Shown piece by piece: positions 49,466 through 58,941 of a DNA stretch of 64,000 bases. Below the pieces are notes generated by a model. It saw only the letters and a program-made list of their open reading frames with translations. It did not search any database and was not told the origin of the DNA. The stretch is from assembly GCA_963422375.2 (NCBI GenBank), contig OY729428.2, positions 1,056,001 to 1,120,000 on the forward strand. The letters run 5' to 3'. How positions within the stretch are numbered: position 1 is the first letter of the stretch; each line of letters opens with the position of its first letter. Source of the stretch: Bryobacterales bacterium (lineage in GTDB: Bacteria; Acidobacteriota; Terriglobia; Bryobacterales; UBA6623). Made by a program: the position numbers and the translations under genes.

Positions 49466-49590
49466 GCGGCTGGGGCGCGAGCCGCCCCGGACAGCCCGGG
49501 CACGCCGCCGCGACCCGGCGTGCCCGAACCCTGTCGATCTAGGATATCGCGCCCTCGCCGAGAGGCGCGCGCCTGCGAGAAAATGGGGCG

Positions 49591-50904
49591 ATGATCGCTC
49601 GCTACACTCGACCGGACCTAGCGCGCATCTGGTCCGACGAGAACAAGTACCGGCAGTGGCTGGAAGTCGAGATCACGACGACCGAGACGCTGTCCGACCT
49701 AGGCGAGGTCCCGGCCGACGCGGCCAGCGCCCTGCGCGCGCATGCCGACTTCGACCTAGGCCGGATCGAGGCAATCGAATCCGAGGTGCGCCACGACGTC
49801 ATCGCGTTCCTGACTTCGGTCTCGGAGAGGATGGCCGCCGCCGGCGCGGCCGAGCACTCGCGCTGGCTGCATTTCGGCCTGACTTCGAACGACGTGGTGG
49901 ACACCGCCCAGGCGCTGCTGCTGCAGCAGGCGTCAGAACCGATCGCGCGGCAGCTGCGGAAGCTGCACGGAATCCTCCGAGAGCGGGCCTTCGAGTTCCG
50001 GCACGCCGTGACGGTCGGGCGCACGCACGGCGTGCATGCGGAGCCGACCACGTTCGGGCTGAAGCTCGCCAACTGGCACAGCGAGGTCGGCAGGCAGATC
50101 GAGCGCTTCGGCGCGGCGCGGGAGGAGATGCGGGTGGGCAAGCTCTCGGGTGCCGTCGGGACTCTGGCTCACATCAGCCCTGAAGCCGAGGAGCGGATCT
50201 GCGCCAAGCTGGGCTTGCAGGCGGCGGCGGTCTCCACGCAGGTTATCCAGCGCGACCGCCACGCGCATTTCGTCTCCTCTCTGGCCAACATCGCGGCGAC
50301 GATCGAGAAGATCGCGGTCGAGGTCAGGCACCTGCAGCGCACGGAGGTCCGCGAGGCCCAGGAGTACTTCTCCAAGACCCAGAAGGGCAGCTCGGCCATG
50401 CCGCACAAGAAGAACCCGATCACGTCGGAACAGCTGAGCGGGCTGGCGCGGGTGGTGCGAGGGAACGCCGTCGCGGCCTTCGAGAACGTCGCGCTCTGGC
50501 ACGAGCGCGACATCTCCCACAGCTCGGTGGAACGGATCATCCTGGCCGACTCGACCACCCTGGTGGACTACATGCTGGCGAAGGCCTGCGACTTGGTCAG
50601 GCGGCTGCTCGTCTATCCCGACCGGATGCGCAAGAATCTCGAAGCCAACGGCGGCTTGGTCTATTCGGGCCAGCTGCTGTTGGAGATCGCGTCCAAGGGA
50701 GTGTTGCGAGAGACGGCATACCGCTGGGTCCAGCGCAACGCCTTGCGGGCGTGGGAGGAGGACGGCAGCTTCCGCGCGCTCGTGGAAGCCGACCCGGACA
50801 TCAGCGGCTTCCTCGCGCGCGCCGATTACGAGCGGGCGTTCTCGCTGCAGCGCCAGCTGCGCAACGTCGACGCGATCTTCGAGCGCGTGTTCGGACCCGC
50901 CTAG
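49591..50904 (+). CDS. purB: Adenylosuccinate lyase
   Basis: MIARYT, RHDVIAF, HFGLTSNDV, GRTHGVHAEPTTFG, GSSAMPHKKNP and WHERDISHSSVER. Confidence 0.97.
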   Translation: MIARYTRPDLARIWSDENKYRQWLEVEITTTETLSDLGEVPADAASALRAHADFDLGRIEAIESEVRHDVIAFLTSVSERMAAAGAAEHSRWLHFGLTSNDVVDTAQALLLQQASEPIARQLRKLHGILRERAFEFRHAVTVGRTHGVHAEPTTFGLKLANWHSEVGRQIERFGAAREEMRVGKLSGAVGTLAHISPEAEERICAKLGLQAAAVSTQVIQRDRHAHFVSSLANIAATIEKIAVEVRHLQRTEVREAQEYFSKTQKGSSAMPHKKNPITSEQLSGLARVVRGNAVAAFENVALWHERDISHSSVERIILADSTTLVDYMLAKACDLVRRLLVYPDRMRKNLEANGGLVYSGQLLLEIASKGVLRETAYRWVQRNALRAWEEDGSFRALVEADPDISGFLARADYERAFSLQRQLRNVDAIFERVFGPA

Positions 50905-50919
50905 CGCGGGTCGGGGCGC

Positions 50920-51813
50920 CTACGGTTCGACCACGACTCCGGCGAGCTCCTCGAAGAGCTTGAAGGCCGCGATGATGTCCTCGTCGCCGTGGCCGCGCGC
51001 GACGCCCGCCGTGAAGAGTTCGTGCACCAAGCCGGTTGACGGCAGCGGCACGCCGAGCTCCCGCCCCGACTCGAGCATGAGGCCGATGTCCTTGCGCATC
51101 CACTTCAGCGGGAACGCCGCGCCGAAGTCCCGCTTGAACACGTAAGGCGCCTTGAAGGCGATGAGGCCGGACTTGGCTGCCGAGTTGTCGAGGATGTCGA
51201 ACATCAGGTCGGGCGGCACGCCCGCCTTGGTCGCCAGCACCATGCCCTCTACGAAGCCTTGGAGCGTGTTGGCCAGCACGAGGTTCTGGGAGAGCTTGGC
51301 ATGCAAGCCCATGCCCTGGCCTCCGCAGTAGTACAGGTTCGTGCCCATGCACTCGAAGAAGGGTCGCGCGGTCTCGAAGACCTGCTCGTCGCCTCCGATC
51401 ATGAAGGTCAGCGTCCCGCCCTTGGCCCCAGGCGTGGAACCGGTGCAGGGGCTGTCCAGGTAGTGGCAGCCCTTGGCCTCGAACTTGGCCGCGATGCGGC
51501 GGGCCGTGCTAGGGCCGATCGTCGAGCAGTCGGCGACCACGGTCCCCGCGCCCGCCCCCGAGAGCACGCCGTTCTCGCCCGTGAGGACTTCCTCGGACAT
51601 GGCCGAGTCGCCGACGCAAAGGAAGATGCAGTCGGCGAACTCGCCCACCTCGGCGGGAGACCGGCAGAACCGGCCCGCGGGATCCGACGCAGCGAGGTCG
51701 CGGGCCTTGGATTCCGTGTGGCTCCAAAGGGCCACCTCGTGGCCGCCCGCCAGAAGGTGCTCGGCCATGGGCCTGCCCATGAGGCCGAGTCCGAGAAAAC
51801 CGAGTCTCGCCAT
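50920..51813 (-). CDS. Beta-hydroxyacid dehydrogenase (tartronate semialdehyde reductase / 3-hydroxyisobutyrate dehydrogenase family)
   Basis: GFLGLGLMG, DCSTI, LDSPCTGS, GTLTFMIGG, AKLSQN and KDIGL. Confidence 0.9.
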   Translation of the reverse strand: MARLGFLGLGLMGRPMAEHLLAGGHEVALWSHTESKARDLAASDPAGRFCRSPAEVGEFADCIFLCVGDSAMSEEVLTGENGVLSGAGAGTVVADCSTIGPSTARRIAAKFEAKGCHYLDSPCTGSTPGAKGGTLTFMIGGDEQVFETARPFFECMGTNLYYCGGQGMGLHAKLSQNLVLANTLQGFVEGMVLATKAGVPPDLMFDILDNSAAKSGLIAFKAPYVFKRDFGAAFPLKWMRKDIGLMLESGRELGVPLPSTGLVHELFTAGVARGHGDEDIIAAFKLFEELAGVVVEP

Positions 51814-52006
51814 ATCCGAGAATTGTACTGAACGCCGAGAGTCGGGCCGCCGCGCGGAGGGGGAGCGCGGGCGGCGATCCCGACAGCGGCCGCCACGCCT
51901 GTTAACGGAAGCCTGTTCCGGAGCGTCCAAGCAGGCAAGCGGCAGGACGCCGGAGAGCGGCGCGCAAGCTCGCGCCCGAGCGAATCCCGCCGAGAGGAGC
52001 ATCACA

Positions 52007-52768
52007 GTGCATCGAAAGCATCTCATCGTGGCGATCCTGGCCAGCGCGGCGTTGCTGGCTGCCGTCGCGTGCGACAGCGCGATCGGCTCGTCCTTTCGCG
52101 AGACCGAGCGACTGGAGCGCTCGTTCGCGCTCGAGCCGGGCGGGACCGTGGCGGTCAAGAACACCAACGGTTCCGTGCAGGTGACCGCTTCAGACGGCGA
52201 TGGCGTGGTCCTCCGCGCCACCAAGTCGGCACGGCGCAAGGACGATCTGGACAGGATCACCATCGCGATCGACACCTCGCCGGACAGGCTCGAAATCGAA
52301 ACCGAGATTCCGCGGGGTGCCAGGGGCAGCGTCTCCTACGATCTGGCCGTGCCGCGCGGGGCGAGGGTCGAAGCCGCCTCGGTCAACGGTTCCGTCCGGA
52401 TTCTCGGCACTGCGGCCGGGACCCGCGCCAGGACAGTCAACGGAGCGCTTACGATCTCGGAGATAGCCGGCAACCTGACGGCGAGAACCGTGAACGGCTC
52501 CCTGAGAGTGGAGTGGGCTAGCGTCGCCGGATCCACGAAGAACACCCTGCAAACCGTGAACGGCTCCCTGAAGGTCTGGCTGCCCGGCGACACGACCGGA
52601 GACTTCGAGGCGAAGACCGTGAACGGCTCGATTCGGACGGACCTTCCGCTGGAGATCCGCAAGGGACGCTGGGGTCGGCGTCCGTCCATCAACGACAGGA
52701 TCGGCGACGGCGGCCCGACCTTTGCGCTGTCCACGGTCAACGGCTCGATCAGCATCCTGAAGAACTGA
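52007..52768 (+). CDS. DUF4097-like beta-strand-repeat lipoprotein
   Basis: Lipobox AVAC and repeated (T/S)VNG(S/A) motifs. Confidence 0.8.
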   Translation: MHRKHLIVAILASAALLAAVACDSAIGSSFRETERLERSFALEPGGTVAVKNTNGSVQVTASDGDGVVLRATKSARRKDDLDRITIAIDTSPDRLEIETEIPRGARGSVSYDLAVPRGARVEAASVNGSVRILGTAAGTRARTVNGALTISEIAGNLTARTVNGSLRVEWASVAGSTKNTLQTVNGSLKVWLPGDTTGDFEAKTVNGSIRTDLPLEIRKGRWGRRPSINDRIGDGGPTFALSTVNGSISILKN

Positions 52769-52821
52769 CCGGCCCGCGGAAACGGCGGAGGGCGCACGGC
52801 GATCCACAAGCGGTTGCGGGC

Positions 52822-53817
52822 GTGTGCGAAAATGCCACCGCCGTGCCCCAGTCGGTCCTCGTCAGCCAGCACGTCTACCGAGAGGCCGTCGATTTCCTAG
52901 CCGAGCGGTTCGACCTGGACTACAACGATTCCGACGAGAGCCTTCCGCCCGCCAGCTTGCGGGCGCGCCTGGCAAGCAAGCACGGTCTCCTCTGCCAGCT
53001 CACCGACCGCGTGGACGCGCCGCTGATGGACGCGGTTCCGAGCGTGAGGGTGGTCTCGAACGTGGCGGTCGGATTCGACAACATCGACCTACCCGCGGCG
53101 ACCGAGCGAGGCATCATCGTCACCAACACGCCAGGCGTACTGACCAACACCACGGCGGACCTGGCATTCGCACTGATCCTCGGAGCCGGCAGGCGTCTGG
53201 GGGAGGCCGAGCGGTACCTGCGGTCGGGGCGCTACCGGCAGTGGCGGATCGACCTCATGACGGGCTGGGACATCTGGGGCTCCACACTCGGAGTCTTCGG
53301 CATGGGGCGCATCGGGCAGGCGGTGGCTCGGCGGGCGCGCGGCTTCAGCATGCGCGTGCTGTACTACGATCCGTTCCGGCAGGCCGAGGAGGTCGAGCGG
53401 GAGCTCGGCGTCGAGTACGCGTCGAAGGAGGAGATTCTAGGGCAGGCCGACTTCCTGACCCTGCACTGCGCGCTGAGCCCTGCGACCCGGCACCTAATCG
53501 GCGGCGCCGAGCTGCAAGCGATGAAGCCGACAGCGGTCCTCGTGAACACCTCACGGGGTCCGGCCGTGGACGAGTCCGCGCTCGCCGACGCCCTGGAGGC
53601 CGGGTCGATCGCAGCGGCCGGCCTCGACGTGTTCGAGCACGAGCCGCGAGTGCATCCGAAGCTGCTCGAGCTCGAGAACGCGCTGATCGTGCCGCATATC
53701 GCCAGCGCTTCCGTGGCCACGCGCACCCGCATGTGCCTGCTCGCCGCCGAGAACATGGCCGCCGGTCTCGCCGAGCAGGCCCCTCCCAACATCGTCAACC
53801 CCTCCGTGCTGGGCTGA
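52822..53817 (+). CDS. D-glycerate dehydrogenase / glyoxylate-hydroxypyruvate reductase
   Basis: VAVGFDNID, TNTPGVL, GMGRIG, VNTSRG, AGLDVFE and PHIAS. Confidence 0.93.
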   Translation: MCENATAVPQSVLVSQHVYREAVDFLAERFDLDYNDSDESLPPASLRARLASKHGLLCQLTDRVDAPLMDAVPSVRVVSNVAVGFDNIDLPAATERGIIVTNTPGVLTNTTADLAFALILGAGRRLGEAERYLRSGRYRQWRIDLMTGWDIWGSTLGVFGMGRIGQAVARRARGFSMRVLYYDPFRQAEEVERELGVEYASKEEILGQADFLTLHCALSPATRHLIGGAELQAMKPTAVLVNTSRGPAVDESALADALEAGSIAAAGLDVFEHEPRVHPKLLELENALIVPHIASASVATRTRMCLLAAENMAAGLAEQAPPNIVNPSVLG

Positions 53818-53823
53818 CGCGCG

Positions 53824-55143
53824 GTGATGACGGTGAAGGATACGCTCGTTCGCCTGTTCCGCGAGACCTTGGAGGAGGCCTCCGTGCCGCGCGTTATGGC
53901 AGCCAAGGTCCGGCGCGACGGCGGAACGCTGGTCGCCGGCACCGAGCGGGCCGACCTGGACGCCGCGAGCCGCATCTTCGTAGCGGCCATCGGCAAGGCT
54001 GCCCTTCCCATGAGCGACGCACTGGCGGCAGCCCTGGCGGCGGGCAGGGCGACCTTCGACGTCGTCGCGCCGAATGTGGCGAGCTCGTTCGATCCGGCCT
54101 TCCGGACGTTCCAAGGGGGCCATCCCTATCCCTCCTCGGAAAGCGAGGCCGCGGCCAAGCACGTCCTGGCGCGGGCGACCAGCCTAGGGCCTCAGGACCT
54201 CTTCATCTGCCTGCTCTCCGGAGGCGGGTCTGCGATCTGCGAGGCCCCGCTGGACCCGCGCATCTCGCTCCGCGACATGCGACGCTTCTACGAGGTCCTA
54301 GTCACCTGCGGCGCGAACATCGTCGAGATGAACGTGCTGCGCAAGCACCTGTCCCTGATCAAGGGCGGCCGTCTGGCGCAGGCCGCCAGCCCGGCCCGGC
54401 AGCTGACGCTGTACGTCTCGGACGTTCCTCCGGGGGAGCCATCCACGGTGGCGTCCGGGCCCACCATGCCGGATGAGTCCACCTGCGAGGACGCGTACGC
54501 CATCGCCGAGCGCTTGGGAATCGTCTCGCGGCTGCCGAGGTCGGTCAGGGCGCTCTTCAGGGGGCGCGGCCTCCCTGAAACGCCCAAGCCGGGCAGCGTG
54601 GCGTTCGAGCGCAGCCAGTGGGCCTGCCTGCTCGACAACGCCGAGGTCCTGGACCGTCTAGAAGCCCGGGCGCGGGCGCTGGGCTGGTTGGCGGAGCGCG
54701 ACCTGAGCGTGGACGACCTCGAGGTCCAAGCGGCGGCCGACACGCTGCTCGACAGGCTGGACGCCTTGCGGCGGGCCCATCCCGGACGGACGGTCGCGGT
54801 CACCACGGGTGGCGAGCTGAGCAGCCCGGTGAAGGGGTCGGGGATGGGAGGCCGTAACCAAGCATTCGTGCTCTGGGCGGTCAAGAAGGCTGCGGAGCGC
54901 GGCATGCGCGCCGCCGTTCTCAGCGCGGGCACTGACGGGATCGACGGCAACTCGACGGCAGCGGGGGCGGTAGCGGACGAGGTCACGGCGCGGCGGGCCG
55001 CGACCCTCGGAATGGACCTGATGGACCACGAGCGGCGGTCTGACTCGTACCGGTTCTTCCAGCGCCTCGGCGACGCGATCGTGACCGGCCCGACCGGAAA
55101 CAACGTGCGCGACTTGCGGATGCTAGTCGCGGGTTACTCGTGA
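53824..55143 (+). CDS. Glycerate 2-kinase, MOFRL family (DUF4147 plus MOFRL)
   Basis: IGKAA, GGHPYP, LLSGGGSA, KGGRLA, SDV, ASGPT, GGRNQ, GTDGIDG and TGPTGNNVRD. Confidence 0.93.
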   Translation: MMTVKDTLVRLFRETLEEASVPRVMAAKVRRDGGTLVAGTERADLDAASRIFVAAIGKAALPMSDALAAALAAGRATFDVVAPNVASSFDPAFRTFQGGHPYPSSESEAAAKHVLARATSLGPQDLFICLLSGGGSAICEAPLDPRISLRDMRRFYEVLVTCGANIVEMNVLRKHLSLIKGGRLAQAASPARQLTLYVSDVPPGEPSTVASGPTMPDESTCEDAYAIAERLGIVSRLPRSVRALFRGRGLPETPKPGSVAFERSQWACLLDNAEVLDRLEARARALGWLAERDLSVDDLEVQAAADTLLDRLDALRRAHPGRTVAVTTGGELSSPVKGSGMGGRNQAFVLWAVKKAAERGMRAAVLSAGTDGIDGNSTAAGAVADEVTARRAATLGMDLMDHERRSDSYRFFQRLGDAIVTGPTGNNVRDLRMLVAGYS

Positions 55144-55262
55144 GCGCCGTGCGACGGGCGCGGGCCGGGCGGCAGCCAAGTGCTGCAATGGATTGGCGAG
55201 GCCGCCCGGGCGCATATCATGCTCCGGTTCCCGGCCGGCCCGCGACCCTCAGGAGGATGAAC

Positions 55263-56651
55263 ATGCGGAATCTGACACTGGCCCTGACGCTGGCCCTTGC
55301 CTGCGTCGCCACCGCGGCGGGCAAGCCGAATCTCGTGCTGATATTCGTCGACGACCTCGGCTACGCCGACATCGGCCCGTTCGGATCGACCCTTCACCGG
55401 ACGCCGCATCTGGACCGCATGGCGGCCGAGGGCCGCAAGCTAACGGGCTTCTACGTAAGCGCGAACGTCTGCACGCCGTCCCGCAGCTCCCTGATGACCG
55501 GCAGGTATCCCCGCCGGGTCGGCCTCGACGAGAACGAGAAGGGCCAGTGGGTGCTGTTCCCCGGGAACCGGGAGGGCCTGCATCCGGACGAGGTCACGAT
55601 GGCCGAGGTGCTGAAGGAGGCCGGCTACCGGACCGCCTGCGTCGGCAAGTGGCATCTGGGCGACCAGCGGGAATTCCTCCCCACGCGGCAGGGATTCGAC
55701 GCGTACTTCGGCATTCCGTACTCGAACGACATGGGCCACGACTCCCGCAGGCAGCCCTACCGCTATCCGCCGCTGCCCCTGCTGCGCATGGAGGAGGTGA
55801 TCGAGAGCGAGCCCGACCAGAGGTACATCACCAAGCGGTACACGGAGGAGGCTCTCGACTTCATCGAGCGCAACAAGGACGGGCCGTTCTTCCTGTACCT
55901 GGCCCACACGATGCCGCACTGGCCGCAGTACGCCTCGGAGGCGTTCGCCGGCAAGTCGCGGAACGGCGCGTGGGGGGACTCGGTCGAGGAGCTCGACTGG
56001 TCGACCGGCCAGGTTCTGGCCAAGCTGGCGGAGCTGGGCATCGACGGCAACACCCTTGTCGTGTTCACGTCCGACAACGGCGGAGCGACCCGCCACGGCG
56101 CGAGCAACGCGCCGCTCCGCGGCGGCAAGGGCACGACCTGGGAGGGCGGGCACCGGGTCTGCTTCCTTGCCCGCTGGCCGGGGCGCATACCGGCCGGCAC
56201 CGCCAGCGACGAGCTGGCCGTGTCATTCGACCTCCTGCCTACGTTCGCGAAGCTCGCGGGCGCGCAGCTCCCAGCGGACCGGATCATCGACGGCAAGGAC
56301 ATCGGCCCGCTGCTGGAAGGCGAGCCGGGCATCCCCACGCCGCACGTCGCGTACTACTACTTCTACATGGCGCACCTCAACGCGGTGCGCAGCGGGCGCT
56401 GGAAGCTGCACGTAGCGAGGAAAGGCGGGCGCCACCCGGAATACGAGCCGAATCCGGTCCTCGAGCTCTACGACCTCGCGACGGACATCGGGGAATCCCG
56501 GAACGTCGCGGGGGCCTACCCGCAGGTGGTGGAGCGCCTCCGGGCGCTCGCGGAAGCGGCAAGGGCGGATCTCGGCGACGGGCGCAGGGCGGGCACGAAC
56601 ACCCAGCCGCCGGGAGTCGTGAAGCGCGCGGAGACGCTCACCTCGAACTGA
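55263..56651 (+). CDS. Exported Cys-type sulfatase (arylsulfatase A-like)
   Basis: SD AGGAGG at 55251-55256; KPNLVLIFVDDLGY, CTPSRSSLMTGR, GKWHLG and GIPYSNDM. Confidence 0.93.
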   Translation: MRNLTLALTLALACVATAAGKPNLVLIFVDDLGYADIGPFGSTLHRTPHLDRMAAEGRKLTGFYVSANVCTPSRSSLMTGRYPRRVGLDENEKGQWVLFPGNREGLHPDEVTMAEVLKEAGYRTACVGKWHLGDQREFLPTRQGFDAYFGIPYSNDMGHDSRRQPYRYPPLPLLRMEEVIESEPDQRYITKRYTEEALDFIERNKDGPFFLYLAHTMPHWPQYASEAFAGKSRNGAWGDSVEELDWSTGQVLAKLAELGIDGNTLVVFTSDNGGATRHGASNAPLRGGKGTTWEGGHRVCFLARWPGRIPAGTASDELAVSFDLLPTFAKLAGAQLPADRIIDGKDIGPLLEGEPGIPTPHVAYYYFYMAHLNAVRSGRWKLHVARKGGRHPEYEPNPVLELYDLATDIGESRNVAGAYPQVVERLRALAEAARADLGDGRRAGTNTQPPGVVKRAETLTSN

Positions 56652-56853
56652 AGCCGCGCGACAGGACGGAGAGAGAGCGGCGATATCGGAGGACGCCCAG
56701 CGCTTTCTCCGCCGAGCGCTGTAGGGTCGCCAAGAGCCGAATCGCGATGCCGTGAATTCTCGGATGATCGCTACTCGCCTTGACCGCCACTGCCTGCACT
56801 GGGAATCATGCCGACTGTTGCCGCCCGGAACTGAGGGCTAGGCGAGCCCGCTA

Positions 56854-58886
56854 ACGGGAAACACTCCTGAGGTCATCCTCAACGCCGAACTTGCGGCATC
56901 GCTGCGGCAACGGGGGCTAGAGGCCGAATCGGAACAATCGCTGCAAGCCGGCACTCGGCGCCATCAAATCGACGTGCTGGTGGAACTCGGCGAATTCGCC
57001 GTGCCAATCGAGGCGGAGTTCGCACCTGCTCGCGCCGTTCGAGAGGACACGGAAAAGCGCCTGCCAAGGTTTCCGCTACTATGGCGAGGCCTTGCCATTG
57101 ATTTCGTATTCGCGGTGGTCTACCCGGAGCAATTCAAGCGAATCCCAGAGAGCCGCGCGAAGGACAAACTGGCCAGTTGCGATTCGCTCGAATTCGAGAG
57201 ACTGTACCGAAGAGAGCAGACCGGCACATCGGAATCCCGGCCAGGTCACGTGTCGGGGACCCGGCAGCGACGCTCGGTTGCCACCTTGGCCGAGTACCTG
57301 CACCACCTGTGGATCGGTAGCGCCAAGAGCGGTTCGGTGAAGGAGACGGTCAGCAAAGCCTCTTCCCCCATCGGGCAGGCCCGCGACATGCTCAGGCCAG
57401 AGTCCCAGTCTCACCCTTTCTCGGCAGTCGACGGCGATCCCGAGTCAACCACCGCTCTGGTCTGGCTGAACGCCGTGTTGTTCCAAGAATTGCTGGCCGA
57501 GCATCGTGACGCGTCACATTTGCCCCGCGCCCTCCGCGACATCCGTATCCCGAAGCCTGATCCCGAAGGCCGGCCGACTGTCCTGCTCGGTCAATGGAAG
57601 ACGATCCTTCGCGTCAACTGGTGACCGGTAATCCAAGTGGCGCACGAGGCATTGAATGTCACCCCTTCGAGGCAGGCTTCGCTCGCGCTACGAGAGCTCG
57701 TCGAGACAGCTTCGGAGATCGCGAGCCAGGGAGTGACCCGAAGGCACACTATTGCAGGCAGAATCTTCCTTAGGCTTCTCGGCACGAGGAAGTTCCTAGC
57801 CACCAACTACACTAGTGCCCGTGACAAAACTCGTATCCCCTTGACAACAAAGGTGTTAGGTCCAATCTCTCAAGGCGAAGATTTCGCTGGAATGCTACGA
57901 CTAATCCGAAATCCTGGCGATTCTGGGTAGAGCGCGGAAATCTTCGCGATTGGCGTCTGAGTAACTTCCGACCTTGGGCCCTATATATTGTGTTTGGAGA
58001 TCCATCCGACCTCAGGATGTAGTATGAAATGCTGATCGGGCCAGAATTCAGGGGTTTTGTCACAAGCACTACACTACGATCCCCGCCGCAGTCCTGCACG
58101 CCGGGAGGGCGGGCGGCCGGATCGCGCTTGTGCTGCCGGCAACCGTACTGACGGGGAGCCGATGGGCTCCGATCCGCGCAACGCTTCTCGCGGAATTCGA
58201 CGTTGAGTGGGTGGTAGTGAGCCATGACAGCAGGCACCGGTCCGGGAAAGGCGATCTACGGGGAAGACATTGGGTCGCTTTCTCGGAATCGACCCGGATG
58301 GCCGACGCGCTGATCATTGCCAAGAAGAGGCGTTCGGGAGGGTGCCGGGAGACACGCGTCACGCGCTTAGTCAACCTTCGGCGCAACCCGGACGAGGTAA
58401 TTGACGCGATGGCGATCACGAGAGCGCTGCTCGAGAACTCCAGACGTGCCACAGTCGGCCCGCAGGCCGAAATCCTTGTCGGTGATCAGACATGGGGCGA
58501 GATTCTCGCGGTCACGCAGTCGCATCTCGGCAAGGGGCCGTGGACCGACGGGACGTTCTCACAGGGTCGCTTGGTCAAGACTTCTCCGGATCCTGCATGC
58601 AAACAGCCCGTACCTAGGACGAAGCTCGCTTCCCCATCAACTCGCCCGACACCTTCCCGTCCTGCACTTGGGCTCGCTGACGGAATCGCAACGGCAGGCA
58701 GCAGCCGGCCTGTTCGAAGATCTGAAGCACAGGAAGCTGGAAGCCTTCGCGACCTTGGCCAGCGACATGACCCGGAGGGAACTCGACCGCCGGCTGTTCT
58801 CCGAGGTTCTCGGCCAGGAGGCCGGGCCCGAGCTAGACCGGCTGGCCAGCACCCCGAACAAGGAACCCGCAATGACCACGAGGCAT
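56854..58886 (+). pseudogene. Type IIG-like fused restriction-modification gene, pseudogene
   Basis: Nuclease-like IDVLV..PIEAEF, ALVWLNAVLFQELL, ILRVNW*P, AGRIF..RKFLATNYT and GGRIALVLP..AFSEST. Has an in-frame TGA, a MITE insertion, no MTase core, and a frameshifted C-terminus. Confidence 0.75.
57815..58069. mobile_element. 255-bp MITE-like non-autonomous insertion
   Basis: Left end GTGCCCGTGACAAAAC versus reverse complement of right end GTGCTTGTGACAAAAC (14/16). Direct repeat TACACTA at 57808-57814 and 58070-58076. Removal restores the KFLATNYTTIPAAVL frame. Confidence 0.9.
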
Positions 58887-58941
58887 CCGAACTCGCTGCC
58901 GACGCTCTCGCGGCACCCAAGCCGAACGGGTGCCTCGGGCG

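Noticed and set aside
9664..56755. Many long alternative-frame ORFs (e.g. 9664-11742, 13064-14998, 46704-48518, 52824-54476, 55193-56755)
   Set aside because: Arg/Pro/Gly-rich shadow ORFs typical of high-GC DNA, overlapping well-supported genes.
25100..58900. Integron cassettes (attC sites) as the origin of the scattered defence relics
   Set aside because: No integrase and no convincing RYYYAAC...GTTRRRY palindromic sites flanking the islets.
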